Below are positions 42,671-56,265 of a stretch of DNA of 64,000 nt, piece after piece. The stretch is taken from NCBI GenBank assembly GCA_951406725.2, contig OX597816.1:172732001-172796000 (forward strand), read 5' to 3'. How positions within the stretch are numbered: the stretch's first letter is position 1; every line of letters begins with the position of its first letter. The DNA comes from Octopus vulgaris (lineage: Eukaryota). The notes under the pieces were generated by a model. It was not told the origin of the DNA. It saw only the letters and a list, made by a program, of their open reading frames with translations, and ran no database searches. Made by a program: the position numbers and the translations under genes.

Positions 42671-43643
42671 AAGATAATCCCAAGCTAATGACATCTTTTG
42701 AAATCATAATGGCACCTAATAGGAGCTAGTGAGGATGATTATTATGGCAGTTAGACAAAACGGGGTTGGGGCGTTGGTTTTTGTTTCATGCAAGTTTGTT
42801 TCAAGTTAGGCCTGGGGCCGCAGCAGCGTAAGGCACTACAAATACGGTGAAAGAAGGGGTCTACAAACTTCGAAAATGTCGACACAAAGCTTACTGAATA
42901 TCATAGACCAGATGGAAACAAAACGATGTACAAAGCAATCGCCTGGGGTTTATAATGTAAGAAGGTTTAAGGACAGTTGACGCGGAGGTAACCTCGTTGG
43001 CTCGCCTAGGGTTCTGTTAAACATTGCAATGTTTAAAATGATCACTAATACAGTAAAGTATCTATAAAACTTATCACTATAGTACAGGCTGTACAAACAC
43101 GTTCAGTAGAGTGTAGTGTCTATATTGTTCTCCAGTGCAATTCAAATACTGTAGCCTTCTCTAGTACAGTAAAGCTTTTGGTGCAGTAACTGATAACAGT
43201 AACTGAATGTGTGTGTGTATGTGCGCTCGCACGTGAACATGTATGTGTGAGTGTGTGCATGTGTGTGAACATGTAGCTGTTGATTTCAAGAGGACTCAGT
43301 GCGAGTTACATTGATAACTCTAGAGCGAATTGTTATAGAATGGTTGCTTTATCTTCATTTTCATTAAGCTCTCTCAAAGAAACCATTCTACGTATATCTG
43401 TAAATGCATAAAAGTAATTTCATAAGAATTCTTTGGAACCCAAACGTTTGGAACAAATAAAATACAAAGCCACTCACACTCCACCCGTGTGTGTGTGTGT
43501 CGCTTTGTGTTTATGACGAAACGTGGAAAGTTTCTACCTTGTTCCCAGTTAGAAATCTATAATAGTGGTAAACTGGAAAATTGTCCCCCAACCGGTGGTG
43601 GGGGACAACTGAGACACGAAGACAAACACACACACTCATACAT

Positions 43644-43725
<82 letters not shown>

Positions 43726-44204
43726 GTATACGACGGGCTTCTATCAGTTTCCATGTACCAAATATACAAAGACATAAAAAGTGACTTAAAAAAAAACGTA
43801 AAAATTCATGTAGAAAAGTTTTTATCAACCGTCATAAACGCTTTTCCTTTTTCTCTTTCTCTTTTTGTTCTATTTTTCTTTCTTCTTTTTTTCTCTTTCT
43901 CATTAATGTCTTCGATCCTGTATCAATTAAATCTATCTCCATTCCTTGGATATATTTTTTCTTGTCCTTTTTATACATCTTTTCATAAACTTTTTCATAT
44001 GCCTATCTTTATACACATATATGTATAGAGAAAATTATCTTATTCTAACTCTGGGAGGGGTTTCTCTCCCCAATCAAACCCTTGAATTCATTTCTTATCT
44101 ACGTTTCTGCTTTTTCGTTGGTAATGCTTTTCCGTGTGTAAATGTTGTCCCCAATATAATTACACTTCTTGTTTGAAGCACCAACGAAGCTATAGGATTA
44201 TATT

Positions 44205-44490
44205 CAGTTGCTTGACCTTAACCAGATGAGCATGTCCCTTAGTGGTTGACGATATTTGCACCTCTGATCACGAACAGAAATAGTTGAGGAGCATCGTAGC
44301 GATGTGCTGAGAGGAATTTTTTGAGGTTTGAATAATTCACCTCTGGAAACATGCTATTTCGTTTAGCATCCTTAAACAAACCTTATTCAGGGATCTTCTG
44401 AGCGGGATGGGCTACTTAATCTCAAGAAAATTCTAACAGGGCTGCATCTGCAAGGTCATGCACCGTTTATTTTGATATGAGATCACCATG
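44205..44490 (+). mobile_element. Family E, diverged internal fragment
   Basis: TTGACCTTAACCAG...GATCACCATG aligns by eye to 31112-31390. Confidence 0.8.
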
Positions 44491-45445
44491 GCTTAAATTC
44501 AGACGAAGATTTATCATAGCAGCCCAAAATCAATGCCTACCTACAAGAAGCTACCAGGCCGACATCTTAAAGAACGGCAGTAGCCCAACATGTCATGTGT
44601 GTAAGCAACAAAATGAAACCATTGATTATGTATTCTCCAAGTGCAGTCTTCTGCGCCTGCAGAGTTTCTCAACAGGCATGATGGAGCTGCACAGTATATT
44701 CACTGGGTAATTTGCAAAGAGTTGGACCTGCCCCTTGATAAAAACTTATGAGAACACAAACCACCGCCAGTGCTTGAAAATGACCACATCTCACTCCTTT
44801 GGAACTTCACCGTTCAAACTGACAGAAAGATAGATGCGAATAGGCCAGACATTATATTAAAGGACTTCAGACAAAAATCATGCCTCGTCATCGATACCAA
44901 TCGAGATAAATGTATCTGTCAAGATCTACCAAAAACTGAGCAAGTAAAATGATCTTGAAATAGTAATTGGCAAAATATGAAACCTCAAGACTAAAACAAT
45001 ACCTGTTGTCGTAGGTGCCCTAGGTATGATAGCAAAAGGGGGTGATTGCTACCTAGCTCTGATACCAGGAAATCCAAAAATAGAAGAAATTCCAAAAATA
45101 GTGCGTATGGGAACTGTCCACATCCTACGTAACATACTGTCCATGTAATCTCCAAAATATTTTAATCCATAAACAGTGTCAAAATACCCTTAAATGAACA
45201 TAACAGCAAACACCTTTTACCGTCGTCTTAACACCACACTATTCTCTTATAATCAAATTACTTTTAAAACAAACTTCTAATTTACTGATGATTTGACCGG
45301 CATTCTTTAGAAATGTGCAATACCAAATGTATGGCACCCTAGTCACAACACCAACTTGAACTTCTAACTTGTTGTCCCTTGAGGTCTCTGAGTGAGACTT
45401 GGAGCCAACTTGTACAAATACAATGCAAAAGCCAAAATATAATAA
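44488..45445 (+). mobile_element. R4/Dong-type non-LTR retrotransposon 3' fragment (zinc finger plus restriction-like endonuclease), decayed
   Basis: FIIAAQNQCLPTR, CHVCKQQNETIDYVFSKC, RHD, ANRPDIILKD, IPVVVGALG; contains stops and frameshifts; followed by a 3' UTR and a short TAA tail. Confidence 0.85.
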
Positions 45446-45453
45446 TTACAGAC

Positions 45454-45687
45454 CTATTTCTTTACTACCCACAAGGGGCTAAACACAGAAGGGACAAACA
45501 AGGACAAACAAACGGATTAAGTCGATCATATCGACCCCAGTGCGTAACTGGTACTTATTTAATCGACCCCGAAAGGATGAAAGGCAAAGTCGACCTCGGC
45601 GGAATTTGAACTCAGAACGTAGCGACAGACGAAATACTGCTGAGCACTTCGACCGACGTGCTAACGATTCAGCCAGCTCGCCGCCTT
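45454..45687 (-). mobile_element. SINE family A inserted in the LINE
   Basis: TSD TACAGACC; removing the insert restores NYRPIT. Confidence 0.9.
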
Positions 45688-47343
45688 ACAGACCGATAAC
45701 TTATCTCCCTACAATTTACAAAGCCTTTACTGCAACAAAATCGCTGAGAATGGGCAAGCATTTGGAAGAAAACAACCTGTTTCCATAAGAGTAGAAGGGA
45801 TGTTGCAAGGGTTCATACGGCTGTAAAGATCAGCTACTGATCAATAAAGCCATAAATGAAGACAGACGTAGAAAGAAGGGGCTAAGTATGGCTTGCATCG
45901 ATTATCGAAAGGCTTTCGATAGTATTCCCTACACATGGATCCTAGAAACACCTGCCATGAACAAGGTAGCATCAATAATCAGAAAATATATAACACATTC
46001 CATGAATAAATGGCAAACAGCGCTACAGAGCGAGACAAATGAGGGAGTCATAAAATCCAAAGCCATCCTCATTAGAAAAGGAATATTCCAGGGAGACACG
46101 CTCTCTCTCCACTCCTTTTCTGCTTGGCACTGACACCTTTATCTGATATGCTAATCAGAACTGGATGTGGATACAACCACTACGACAAAACAATCAGCCT
46201 TCTCTTGTATATGGGTGGCCTAAAACTGTACGATACAAATGATAAACAACTGGAAACATTACTACAGACAGTACATGGAATTACCAAAGAAATAAACATG
46301 AAATTTGGCTTAGAAAAATGTGCCAAAGTAACCTTGAAAAGGGGAAAACTAATTAAGAGTAGCAACACCACACTAGATAAAGCAAAGGTAATAAGAGAAT
46401 TAGACCAACGCCAGATACAAATACTTAGGAATCAATGAACTAGATACGATACAGCACACACAAATCAAAGAGAAGATAAAAAAGGAAAACTATTGATGAG
46501 TCAAACTAGTACTGAGAACAGAGCTCAATGCGAAAAACGAGAAAATAGGTATAAAGACTCTAGCCGTCCTAGTTATGAGTTACAGGTACAATATTCTTAA
46601 CTGGACTCTAAATGAACTAATCAAAATAGACACGAAAACAAGAAAAATAATGACAGGATTTAGGATGCACCACCCAAAATCTGGTATAGAAATGTTATAT
46701 ATACAACGTATCGAAGGTGGTAGAGCCCTTTTACGGCTAGAAAACCATTACAAAATAAGCACCATAGGACTAAAGAAATACCTACTTCAGAAGCAAGGAA
46801 AACTGATACAAATTGCCGCAAAACGCGAACAAAATAAAACTGTTTTCAGTCTTTAAGGAAGTTGACAAATACAAACAAGAAGTCATACTACCTAACAACT
46901 ATGAAGAAAAAGAAGAAACAACACAAGCTGTAAAACAAAGGAAATCCAAACTAAACTGGAACAAAGTATCCAAACTAAAACAGGGCCAAGGAATGTCCCT
47001 TTCTGACGAATATTGGGATAAGCTAAAGAGAAAAGAAATAGACAAAGTAAAATCCCAACAATGGCTGAGAAGCTCAGGAATCAAAGCAGAGACTGAGAGA
47101 TCTTTAATTGCAGCACGAGACCAAAGCCATCTCACCAGGAATTACCAGAAGCACATAAAGAAGAAAGATGTAACAAATAACTGTAGAATATGCGGTGATG
47201 GAGAAGAAACAATAAATCATATTGTCTCTGGTTGCCCAGTCCTAGTTAAGAAGGAATAGATCGACAGGCATAATAGAGTTGGGACCTATATACACTGGAA
47301 GCTATGCCAACATTATGAAAAGACAACAGAAAAAGGATGGTAT

Positions 47344-47577
47344 AGGCAGCGAGCTGGCAGAAATGTTAGCACCCCGGGCGAAATGCGTAGCCGTATTTCG
47401 TCTGCCGTTATGTTCTGAGTTCGAATTCCGCCGAGGTCGACTTTGCCTTTCATCCTTTCGAGGTCGATAAATTAAGTACCAGTTACGCACTGGGGTCGAT
47501 ATAATCGACTTAATCCGTTTGTCTGTCCTTGTTTGTCCTCTCTGTGTTTAGCCCCTTGTGGGTAGTAAAGAAATAGG
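47344..47577 (+). mobile_element. SINE family A inserted in the LINE
   Basis: Flanking direct repeat GGTATAGGC. Confidence 0.9.
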
Positions 47578-48127
47578 TATAGGCACACTCCAGAAAAAGG
47601 TCTCAGAAAATGAGAAAGCAACCAAACTCTAGGATATGCCAATACATACAGCAAAAGAAATCAAGATTAATAGACCGGACATTGTTATCAAAGATCACTA
47701 AGAAAAAAAATACCTTCTGATCGATGTATCAATAGCAACAAATGACAATGTATCTTTAAAAGAAACGGAGAAACTCACAAAATTTGGAAATAGAGATGAC
47801 TCGAATGTGGAGTCTAAAATCACAAACAATCTCTATAATAATAGGTGCATTAGGTGTGATTAAAAAACATTCATACAAATACATAACCAAAACACCAGGA
47901 TTTATGAATGTGTATATCATGCAGAAAATAGCACTTCAAGAAACTGCGTACATCCTGCGTAAAGCACTTTCAGTACAGTGAAAATAAGAGCACCACAACA
48001 AACCACAGCACATACCCAAGGCACACAGATCTGCGCTCGGTAGTGCAGTGAAAGCTCGTGATAAAGATAATGCTACTGAATAATAATAATAAAAATAATA
48101 ATAATAATGATGATGATGATAATAATG

Positions 48128-48207
<80 letters not shown>

Positions 48208-48208
<1 letters not shown>

Positions 48209-48820
48209 GCAGTACAAGGCAGTGGCTCTCATGCAGTACCAGGTAGTGGCTCTCATGGCTTCAATGCCCTGATGCAGTACCAGGCAGTGGCTCTCATGGC
48301 TTTTGATCTTAACTGATTGGAAGTGTTATCATGTACATTGTTTTGTCTTGGTATAAAAGATGGGCTACAGCAAATATTCTGCTCAATACCACAGACTTGC
48401 TTGTCAGTTGTTTGACCTTAACCAGTTGAGCATGTCCCTTAGTGGCTGACGATATGTGCATCTCTGATCACGAGCAGAAGTAGTGGGGGAGCATCATAGC
48501 CATGTGTTGAGAGGGATTCTTTGGGGTTTGAATAATTCTCCTCTGGAAACATGGGTAGTTCTTTCAACATCCTTAAACAACCCTTATTTAGGGACCTTTT
48601 GAGCGGAATGGGCTACTCAACCCGAAGAAAATTCTAACTGGGCCCCACCTGCAAGGTCATGTGCTGTTTATCTCGATATGAGATCACCATGTCGCGCACA
48701 TATGGTTGTGATGCATGTGCCTGGTGTACCCTTATCAGACGGGTAGTCATGATGGGTATATTGGGTTTCGTATATTTTACCCCAGTGTCACTTTGATGGC
48801 ATGAACTGCTCTCTCACTCA
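48208..48820 (+). mobile_element. Family E, longer copy with 5' tandem subrepeats
   Basis: Three GCAGTAC(C/A)AGG(C/T)AGTGGCTCTCAT units, then a body matching 31046-31520; (AAT)n on both sides. Confidence 0.85.
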
Positions 48821-48894
48821 ATAATAATAATAATAATTATTATTATTGTTATAATTATAATTATAATAATAATAGTAGTAGTAGTAGTAGTAGT

Positions 48895-48966
<72 letters not shown>

Positions 48967-49150
48967 GGTGGTGGTGTTGGTGGTAGTAGTAATTTCATGT
49001 GTTGGTACAAGGCCAGCAATTTCGGGGAAGGGGATAAATCGATTTCACCGACTCCAGTGTTCAACTGGTACTTACTTTATCGACCCCCAAAAGGATGAAA
49101 CGTAAAGTCGACCTCAGCAGAATTTCAACTCAAAACGTGATGACGGATGA

Positions 49151-49218
<68 letters not shown>

Positions 49219-49335
49219 AGTAACAACAACAAATAATAATGATAATAAAAAACAATAGTAATAAAAATATATGTATATATATATATACATATATATATAT
49301 GTGTATATTTATATATATATATATATATATATATA

Positions 49336-49530
49336 CTCTTTTACTTGTTTCAGTCATTTGACTGCGGCCATGCTAGAGCACCGCCTTTAGTCGAGCAAAT
49401 CGACCCTGGGGCTTATTCTTTGTAAGCCCAGTACTTATTCTATCGGTCTCTTTTGCCGAACCGCTAAGTGACGGGGACGTGAACCCACCAGCATCAGTTG
49501 TCAAGCAATGCTAGGGGGACAAACACAGAC
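49336..49530 (-). mobile_element. SINE family B, 3' half
   Basis: Reverse complement of the family B tail. Confidence 0.88.
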
Positions 49531-49561
49531 ACACACCTATATGTATATATATTTATATGTA

Positions 49562-49607
<46 letters not shown>

Positions 49608-50459
49608 TGTGTGTTTTACATGTATGTATACATACACACACACAAAAATACTGAAGTGGTTACGAACATTACTTATATGTATGTATGTATGTATGTATGT
49701 ATAGATAAATATAAACGTAGAGCTTTCCATCAGCTCATGAACTACAGAAATTACACAAAACTACAAAAACATGTTCACATACATTGGCTACACTTCAACG
49801 CCCACACGCAACCCACAATAACACACGAAAATACGCATATACAAATAGATCAAACATGATAATATCTTTAGTTTCGTATCTAATTTTGTCCCCTGATGAA
49901 AATTAATTATATTCAATTAAATTATCGTTAATCTCCTATTCATACATACACACACAGACACACACAAACACACAGAAATATTCTTATATCTATCCATATA
50001 TGGATGTGTGTTTGTGTATGCGTTTCTCTATATATCTACACGCACACAGACACACGTACACACACACACATATAAAATATACACACTTATTGTATATATG
50101 CATAAATGTACACATGTGTATAGTTTAATCGACACCAAATCAAGCACTGAAGTCTTATGTTGTCTTGAAGTTTGTTCTGGCAACTCTTGCGACAAACACT
50201 GGTGCCAATCTATTTGGACATATGCTGGTCTTCCATAAAAACTTGCCAAAGCCCTTGCCCTGAAAAATTCATCAAACACACACTGGAGCAGGACATTTCT
50301 GGTGCAGCTGCATTATTCCACATACCAAATGAAAGTCAATATTATATATTATGGATATGAAATATCAGTCCAATACTAGAATCAGGTATTTCTCTCTCTC
50401 TCCCCCAATCTTTCTCTCTCTCTCTCTCTTCTTCTCGTTCTCTCTCTTTCTCTTTCTAG

Positions 50460-50483
50460 GAAATCGACTACGATAAAACCAAG
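50460..50483 (+). CDS. Candidate 24-nt microexon (EIDYDKTK in phase 0)
   Basis: Roughly 70-nt pyrimidine tract ending TTTCTAG|, with donor AAG|GTAAGG. The tract is partly a (CT)n microsatellite, so this could be chance. Confidence 0.35.
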
Positions 50484-50661
50484 GTAAGGATGGGCACTGC
50501 CAGTTTTAAAATACCTTGGATATGCCGTATGTCAGGAGGTGATCCTGCGGATCGTATCACTATAAATCCACTTAGATCGAGAGCCCAAAGAATATGTAGA
50601 GATGTGCGCTCACGTGTGTGTGTGTGTTTGCATATGTATGTATGCATATGTATATAGAGAA

Positions 50662-50704
<43 letters not shown>

Positions 50705-50781
50705 AATAGGCAGACAGATAGATAGAGAGATCTTGAGCACCCATCTTCCCCAAATTTGTTGCCGCGTTTCTTTATTGGAAA

Positions 50782-51174
50782 CTAGCAGTATCGCCCAGCG
50801 TTGCTCGGGTTTGTAAGGGAAATAACTATATAAGCATTTTTAGAGATGTAAAGTATAATAGCCATCTCAATATGGCTAACCACAAAGGGGGAGTGTTACT
50901 GTAGCTTTTTACGTTCTGAGATTTAATAATAATTTTTTAGAGAGTTACTTCCCTTATATATGCCAAAAATGCATTAAAAATGGGAAAAATTGATGGTAAT
51001 TTTTTTTTAATCGTAACTCATCGTAGACGTGCGCTAATACCCAGAAGGGCTCGATATGAATCACGACTATAAGATATGCGGTTTTGGTTAAACTGCACCG
51101 CAAAATGTGGGAGTAGTTAGGAATCTAAATCGTAGGAGACAGACAGCACACAACCTCTCTTTTATATATAAAGA
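50782..51174 (-). mobile_element. Non-autonomous Helitron (family D), longer variant
   Basis: A|CTAG...AAAGA|T on the plus strand; reverse complement of 14741-15103 with an extra internal segment. Confidence 0.88.
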
Positions 51175-51305
51175 TAAGCTTTGCTTTCTGCTTAGAATAA
51201 TAATACAAATATTTGATCTGCCGTGCAATTTGATTTCCCCGATATAAACTTCACATTCAAATTTGAAATAGAAACAGCACTGGTGTAATAATCATTGTCG
51301 GTCAC

Positions 51306-51345
<40 letters not shown>

Positions 51346-51717
51346 ACACACACACACACAGTCACACACACAGACACACACACAGTCACACACACAGACA
51401 CACACACAGACACACACACAGACACACACACAGACACACACACAGACACACACAGACACACACACACACACAGACACACACAGACACACACACACACACA
51501 CACACAAATCTTGTGTTTGCCGGTAGGCTGCGATTTGGAATGGTGGAAATTACCCCCGCAAAACGCTTTGAGGGGGTGTAATCTCCACCACGCCAAATCA
51601 CAGCCTACCAGCCAACACACAGTGCATATACGTTAAGTATGTGTGATCGAGGATAAACTTCATATGTTTCGTATAAAACATATGCTAAGTTAGAAAAAGA
51701 AGACAAAAGAAAACAAA

Positions 51718-51865
51718 AGGCGTAGGAGAGGTAACCACATGGTTCCAGGTTCAATCCCACTGCGTGGCACTTTGGGCAAGTGTCTTCTACTATAGCCTCG
51801 GGCCGACCAAAGCCTTGTGAGTGGATTTGGTAGACGGAAACTGAAAGAAGCCCATCGTATATATG

Positions 51866-51938
<73 letters not shown>

Positions 51939-52150
51939 TTGTATGTCTGTGTTTATCCCCCCAACATCGCTTGACAACCGATGCTCGTGTCAGTTACGTC
52001 TCCGTAACTTAGCGGATCGGCAAAAGAGACCGATAGAATAAGTACTAGGCTTGCAAAGAATAAGTCCTGGGGTCGACTGGCTCGAATAAAGGCGGTGCTC
52101 CAGCATGGCCATAGTCAAATGACTGAAACAAGTAAAAGAGTAAAAGAGAG
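51718..52150 (+). mobile_element. SINE family B
   Basis: Matches the consensus with a small head deletion. Confidence 0.88.
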
Positions 52151-52254
52151 TATTGCTGATATAGCTCATTACGGCCCAGCACCAAAAAGTAAGGAGAACG
52201 AAAAACAATCCCAACAAGTTGAGAGGCGATTATAATTAATGATTCTAGTTATAA

Positions 52255-52694
52255 ACTTTGCGGATATCGGTGTAAATATCTGTGAATATATCGTGGTAAT
52301 TTTAAATGTGCAAAAGAGTAGTAGCTCTGGTGTGTTCGAGACGTGGTAACTGAAGGAGGTACCTAATCATAGCTGCAGTTCAATGACTGAAATCAGTTAA
52401 ACTGTAAGATCATAATATAGAATATTTTTTTTAAAAAAGTTAAGACGATCTTAAAATTTATAAACTTATGCCACTTATTCTTAAGTTTATAAATTTTAAT
52501 ATCGTCTTAACTTTTTTTTAAAAATATTCTATATTATGATCTTACAATTTAACTGATTTCAGTCATTGAACTGCAGCTATGATTAGGTACCTCCTTCAGT
52601 TACCACGTCTCGAACACACCAGAGCTACTACTCTTTTGCACATTTAAAATTACCACGATATATTCACAGATATTTACACCGATATCCGCAAAGT
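52255..52694. repeat. Near-perfect long inverted repeat (about 214-nt arms, 13-nt loop)
   Basis: Arms 52255-52468 and 52482-52694, loop TGCCACTTATTCT, with only a few mismatches. Confidence 0.95.
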
Positions 52695-53226
52695 ATTAAT
52701 GAACGTTATGCACGATCAGATTGTAAAACTTGCGACATGATGGGAAGCAAGAGTTAACTCTTTTGCTTCCCGTCACTAGTTTAGCCATTGTTCCTCTATC
52801 TTCTTGAATTGTTATTTGCATGTGTTAATACACACACACACACACACACACAACACAGTAAAAAATAAGTGCTTTTATATGCATAAAAACAACGAAGATT
52901 GATTGAATAACGGATAAGTGTAACGTCTAATATTGTATGTGTGTGTGTGTACACGCACGCGTGTGTATGTTTATAGTAACTGTACTATAGAGTAAATCTA
53001 CTGTACTATTGTAAATTACAGCCGACGCTACGAATGTAATTGTATACATTGTATTAGTGCAACAGATTTATTCAATAGTACGTTTACAGTATAAAAAACA
53101 AACGGAAGGTAAAAACACACTGCCGAGCGTATCGGTTATTAATTAATTCTATTTGCTGCTAGCAACTAACACTACTTGTACAAATTAGGATTTTCGCTTT
53201 AGTGGGTTCCTAGTAGCAGTGACTGG

Positions 53227-53610
53227 TGGAAGCACTCCGTCGGTTACGACGATGAGAGTTCTCGTTGATCCGAATCAACGGAACAGCCTGCTCGTGAAAT
53301 TAACGTGTAAGTGGCTGAGCACTCCACAAACATGTGTACCCTTAACGTAGTTCTCGGGGATATTCAGCGTAACACAGAGAGTGACAAGGCCGGCCCTTTG
53401 AAATACAGGTACAACAGAAACAGGAAGTAAGAGTGAGAGAAAGTTGTGGTGAAAGAGTACAGCAGGGATCATCACCATCCCCTGCCGGAGCCTCGTGGAG
53501 CTTTAGGTGTTTTCGCTCAATAAACACTCACAACGCCCGGTCTGGGAATCGAAACCGCGATCCTACGACCGCGAGTCCGCTGCCCTAACCACTGGGCCAT
53601 TGCGCCTCCA
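53227..53610 (-). mobile_element. SINE family C, full length, with TSD
   Basis: TSD AGTAGCAGTGACT (53212-53224 and 53614-53626). Confidence 0.92.
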
Positions 53611-53875
53611 CAAAGTAGCAGTGACTATATCTCTAATGACAAGTAAAACAAAGGTAAGCTATTCCTGATGGATGGCCTAAGTAGGACTCAAACTGATGAA
53701 ATCTAGCCCTCTGTTTTTGCCATAGCGAAATGTTGATGGATATGATTATACACAGTTTTATTTGCCGACTACTACAACAGATGTATTCTGTTGTACAATT
53801 AATTGAACTAGCGCTCAGTAATACGCTATTTATGTAAATCAGGATTTCCGGTTTAGAGAGGTCAATAATTGATAC

Positions 53876-53935
<60 letters not shown>

Positions 53936-54033
53936 CATTCTTTCTCCCTCTTTCTCCCTCCCTCTCTCTTCTCTTTCGATATATGTGTGTGTGTGTAATT
54001 GTGCGTGTGTGTATGTATATATGTATGTATATG

Positions 54034-54082
<49 letters not shown>

Positions 54083-55267
54083 TAATAAATAAAATATATG
54101 CATACATACAAACATATATGTACGTACCTACATCTACATGTATATATACATGCATATATAAATATATATACGTGTGTACAGGACACCACAAATAGACGTA
54201 GAACTCAACGAGAAACGAAAACGTAAAAACAGCATGGAACGGACCATTTTTTTAACAACGAAAAAACAGAGTACAAGACAACTACACAAGGAAAAATCCT
54301 CTTCGTCAGCTGTCCCTAGTTCAACTCCAGTGTGTGTGTGTTTATGTATGTACATATGTATGTACGCATATGCAATGTCTCTGTAGAAAGATAACAGACA
54401 GGTTCTATTGCCATATATTTACTGTCTAACGCTAGTACAGTAAAAAAAAACCCCACAAGCATATGAATAATATATGTTGCGCGCGAGCACGTGTGTTTAC
54501 ACAGTGGCCCTGTATGAACCGCGACCTTGCGGTCTGATAAAATAAATCTGATAAAATTGCTTCTGAGGCGGACGCAAACGACTAAACCTTTGAAAGCAGT
54601 GGTCGCAATCCAATAACTAAAACCAGTAAAACTATACGCACGCACACACACACATCTTTGTACGTTATCTTTTACCTTTGACTTATTTCAGTCATTTGAA
54701 CTGTGTTATGCTTGCGCTCCGCCTTGAAGGTTTTAATCAAGGAAATCGACCCCAGGACTTATTATTTTTAAGCCTGGAATGTATTCGATCGGTCTCTTTT
54801 TACCACCAGTTGTCAAACGGAGGGCGGGTCAAATATAACGACAAAGACACGCATAGCTACTCATGTCCATCGGGCTCCTTTCAGTTTCCATTTACCAAAT
54901 CTACTCATAAGGCTTTGGCCAGCCTGAAGCTATAGAAGAAGAAACCATAGCAAGGCGCCAAGCAGTGGGACTTAATCCGAAACAAGTAATTGGGAGCAAA
55001 CTTCTTACCACGCAGTCATTGGTTTCATATCGATTACATTGCTTATTTCGTATTTTTTTTTACTTTCATTTCGATCTGTACTTGCGGAAATGATAAACTG
55101 CTGGACATAAACAACATAAATACAGTCATACACACACACGTGACCACAAACAACGTACTTCCGCATCATTTTACTAACAAATTTTACTTACAAGATGTCG
55201 GCAACACAAGGCTATAGTAAGGGGCACTCGCACATGGTTCTGCGTTGAGAAATCGAATCTGGTAGCT

Positions 55268-55298
<31 letters not shown>

Positions 55299-55388
55299 AA
55301 TAGAATATAGATTGAACGACATCCTTTATATTAGATCACTACAGTAGTTTCCACATATCATTACATCGGTAGTACATTGGTGAGATGA

Positions 55389-55689
55389 GTGTTTATTGAG
55401 CGAAAACACCTAAAAGCTCCACGAGCTCCGGCAGGGGATGGTGATGATCCCTGCTGTACTCTTTCGCCACAACTTTCTCTCACTCTTACTTCCTGTTTCT
55501 GTTGTACCTGTATTTCAAAGGGCCGGCCTTGTCACTCTCTGTGTCACGCTGAATATCCCCGAGAACTACGTTAAGGGTACACATGTCTGTGGAGTGCTCA
55601 GCCACTTACACGTTAATTTCACGAGCAGGCTGTTCCGTTGATTCGGATCAACCGGAACCCTCGTCGTCGTAACCGACGGAGTGCTTCCA
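55389..55689 (+). mobile_element. SINE family C, 5'-truncated, with TSD
   Basis: TSD CATTGGTGAGATGA (55375-55388 and 55697-55710). Confidence 0.92.
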
Positions 55690-55965
55690 TCCCATCCATT
55701 GGTGAGATGATATAAAATTAACATATTGTGTAATCGCTATCATCCATCAAAGGTATAAAATATGTTTCTTCAGGTGATTATGTTAAATAAGTCCTTCGTG
55801 AGATCATACAGTCATTTCACTGTCAGCAATTTGCAGACAAAATTAAACACTTAGATACAGCAACAGACATAACAAACGTATCATCAAAATATAAAATGCA
55901 AAAACAAAGAATTATATAACGCTTTGCTTTTTCTTCCTTATAATCTGACCGTAACAAAATAATTA

Positions 55966-56265
55966 TCTTTATATATAAAAGTGAGGTTGTGTGCTGTCTG
56001 TCTCCTACGATTTAGATTCCTAACTACTCCCACATTTTGCGGTGCAGTTTAACCAAAACCGGGTATCTTATAGTCGTGATTCATATCGAGCCCTTCTGGG
56101 TATTAGCGCGCGTCTACGATGAGTCTACGATTTAAAACAAAATTTACCATCATTTTTTTTCCATTTTTAATGCATTTTTTTGCTATTTTTTGGCTATAAC
56201 TCTCTAAAAATGCTTATATAGTTATTTCCCTTACAAACCCGAGCAACGCCGGGCGATACTGCTAG
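55966..56265 (+). mobile_element. Non-autonomous Helitron (family D)
   Basis: A|TCTTTATATATAAAAG ... CCCGAGCAACGCCGGG...CTAG|T. Confidence 0.9.

Larger units (their letters stand above)
45443..48078 (+). mobile_element. R4/Dong-type non-LTR retrotransposon, 5'-truncated pseudogenised copy (RT plus RLE)
   Basis: NYRPITYLPTIYK, IDYRKAFDSIP, RKGIFQGDTLS, LLYMGGLKLY (decayed YMDD), MKFGLEKC, CRICGDGEETINHIVSGC, RHN, NRPDIVI, IIIGALG; ends in an (AAT)n tail. Two SINE A insertions interrupt it. Confidence 0.92.

Noticed and set aside
48260-48320. HDV-like ribozyme at the family E 5' end
   Set aside because: P1 and P1.1 pairings could not be formed.
50120-50386. Coding-looking unique segment
   Set aside because: Stops in all + frames and no motif recognised on either strand.
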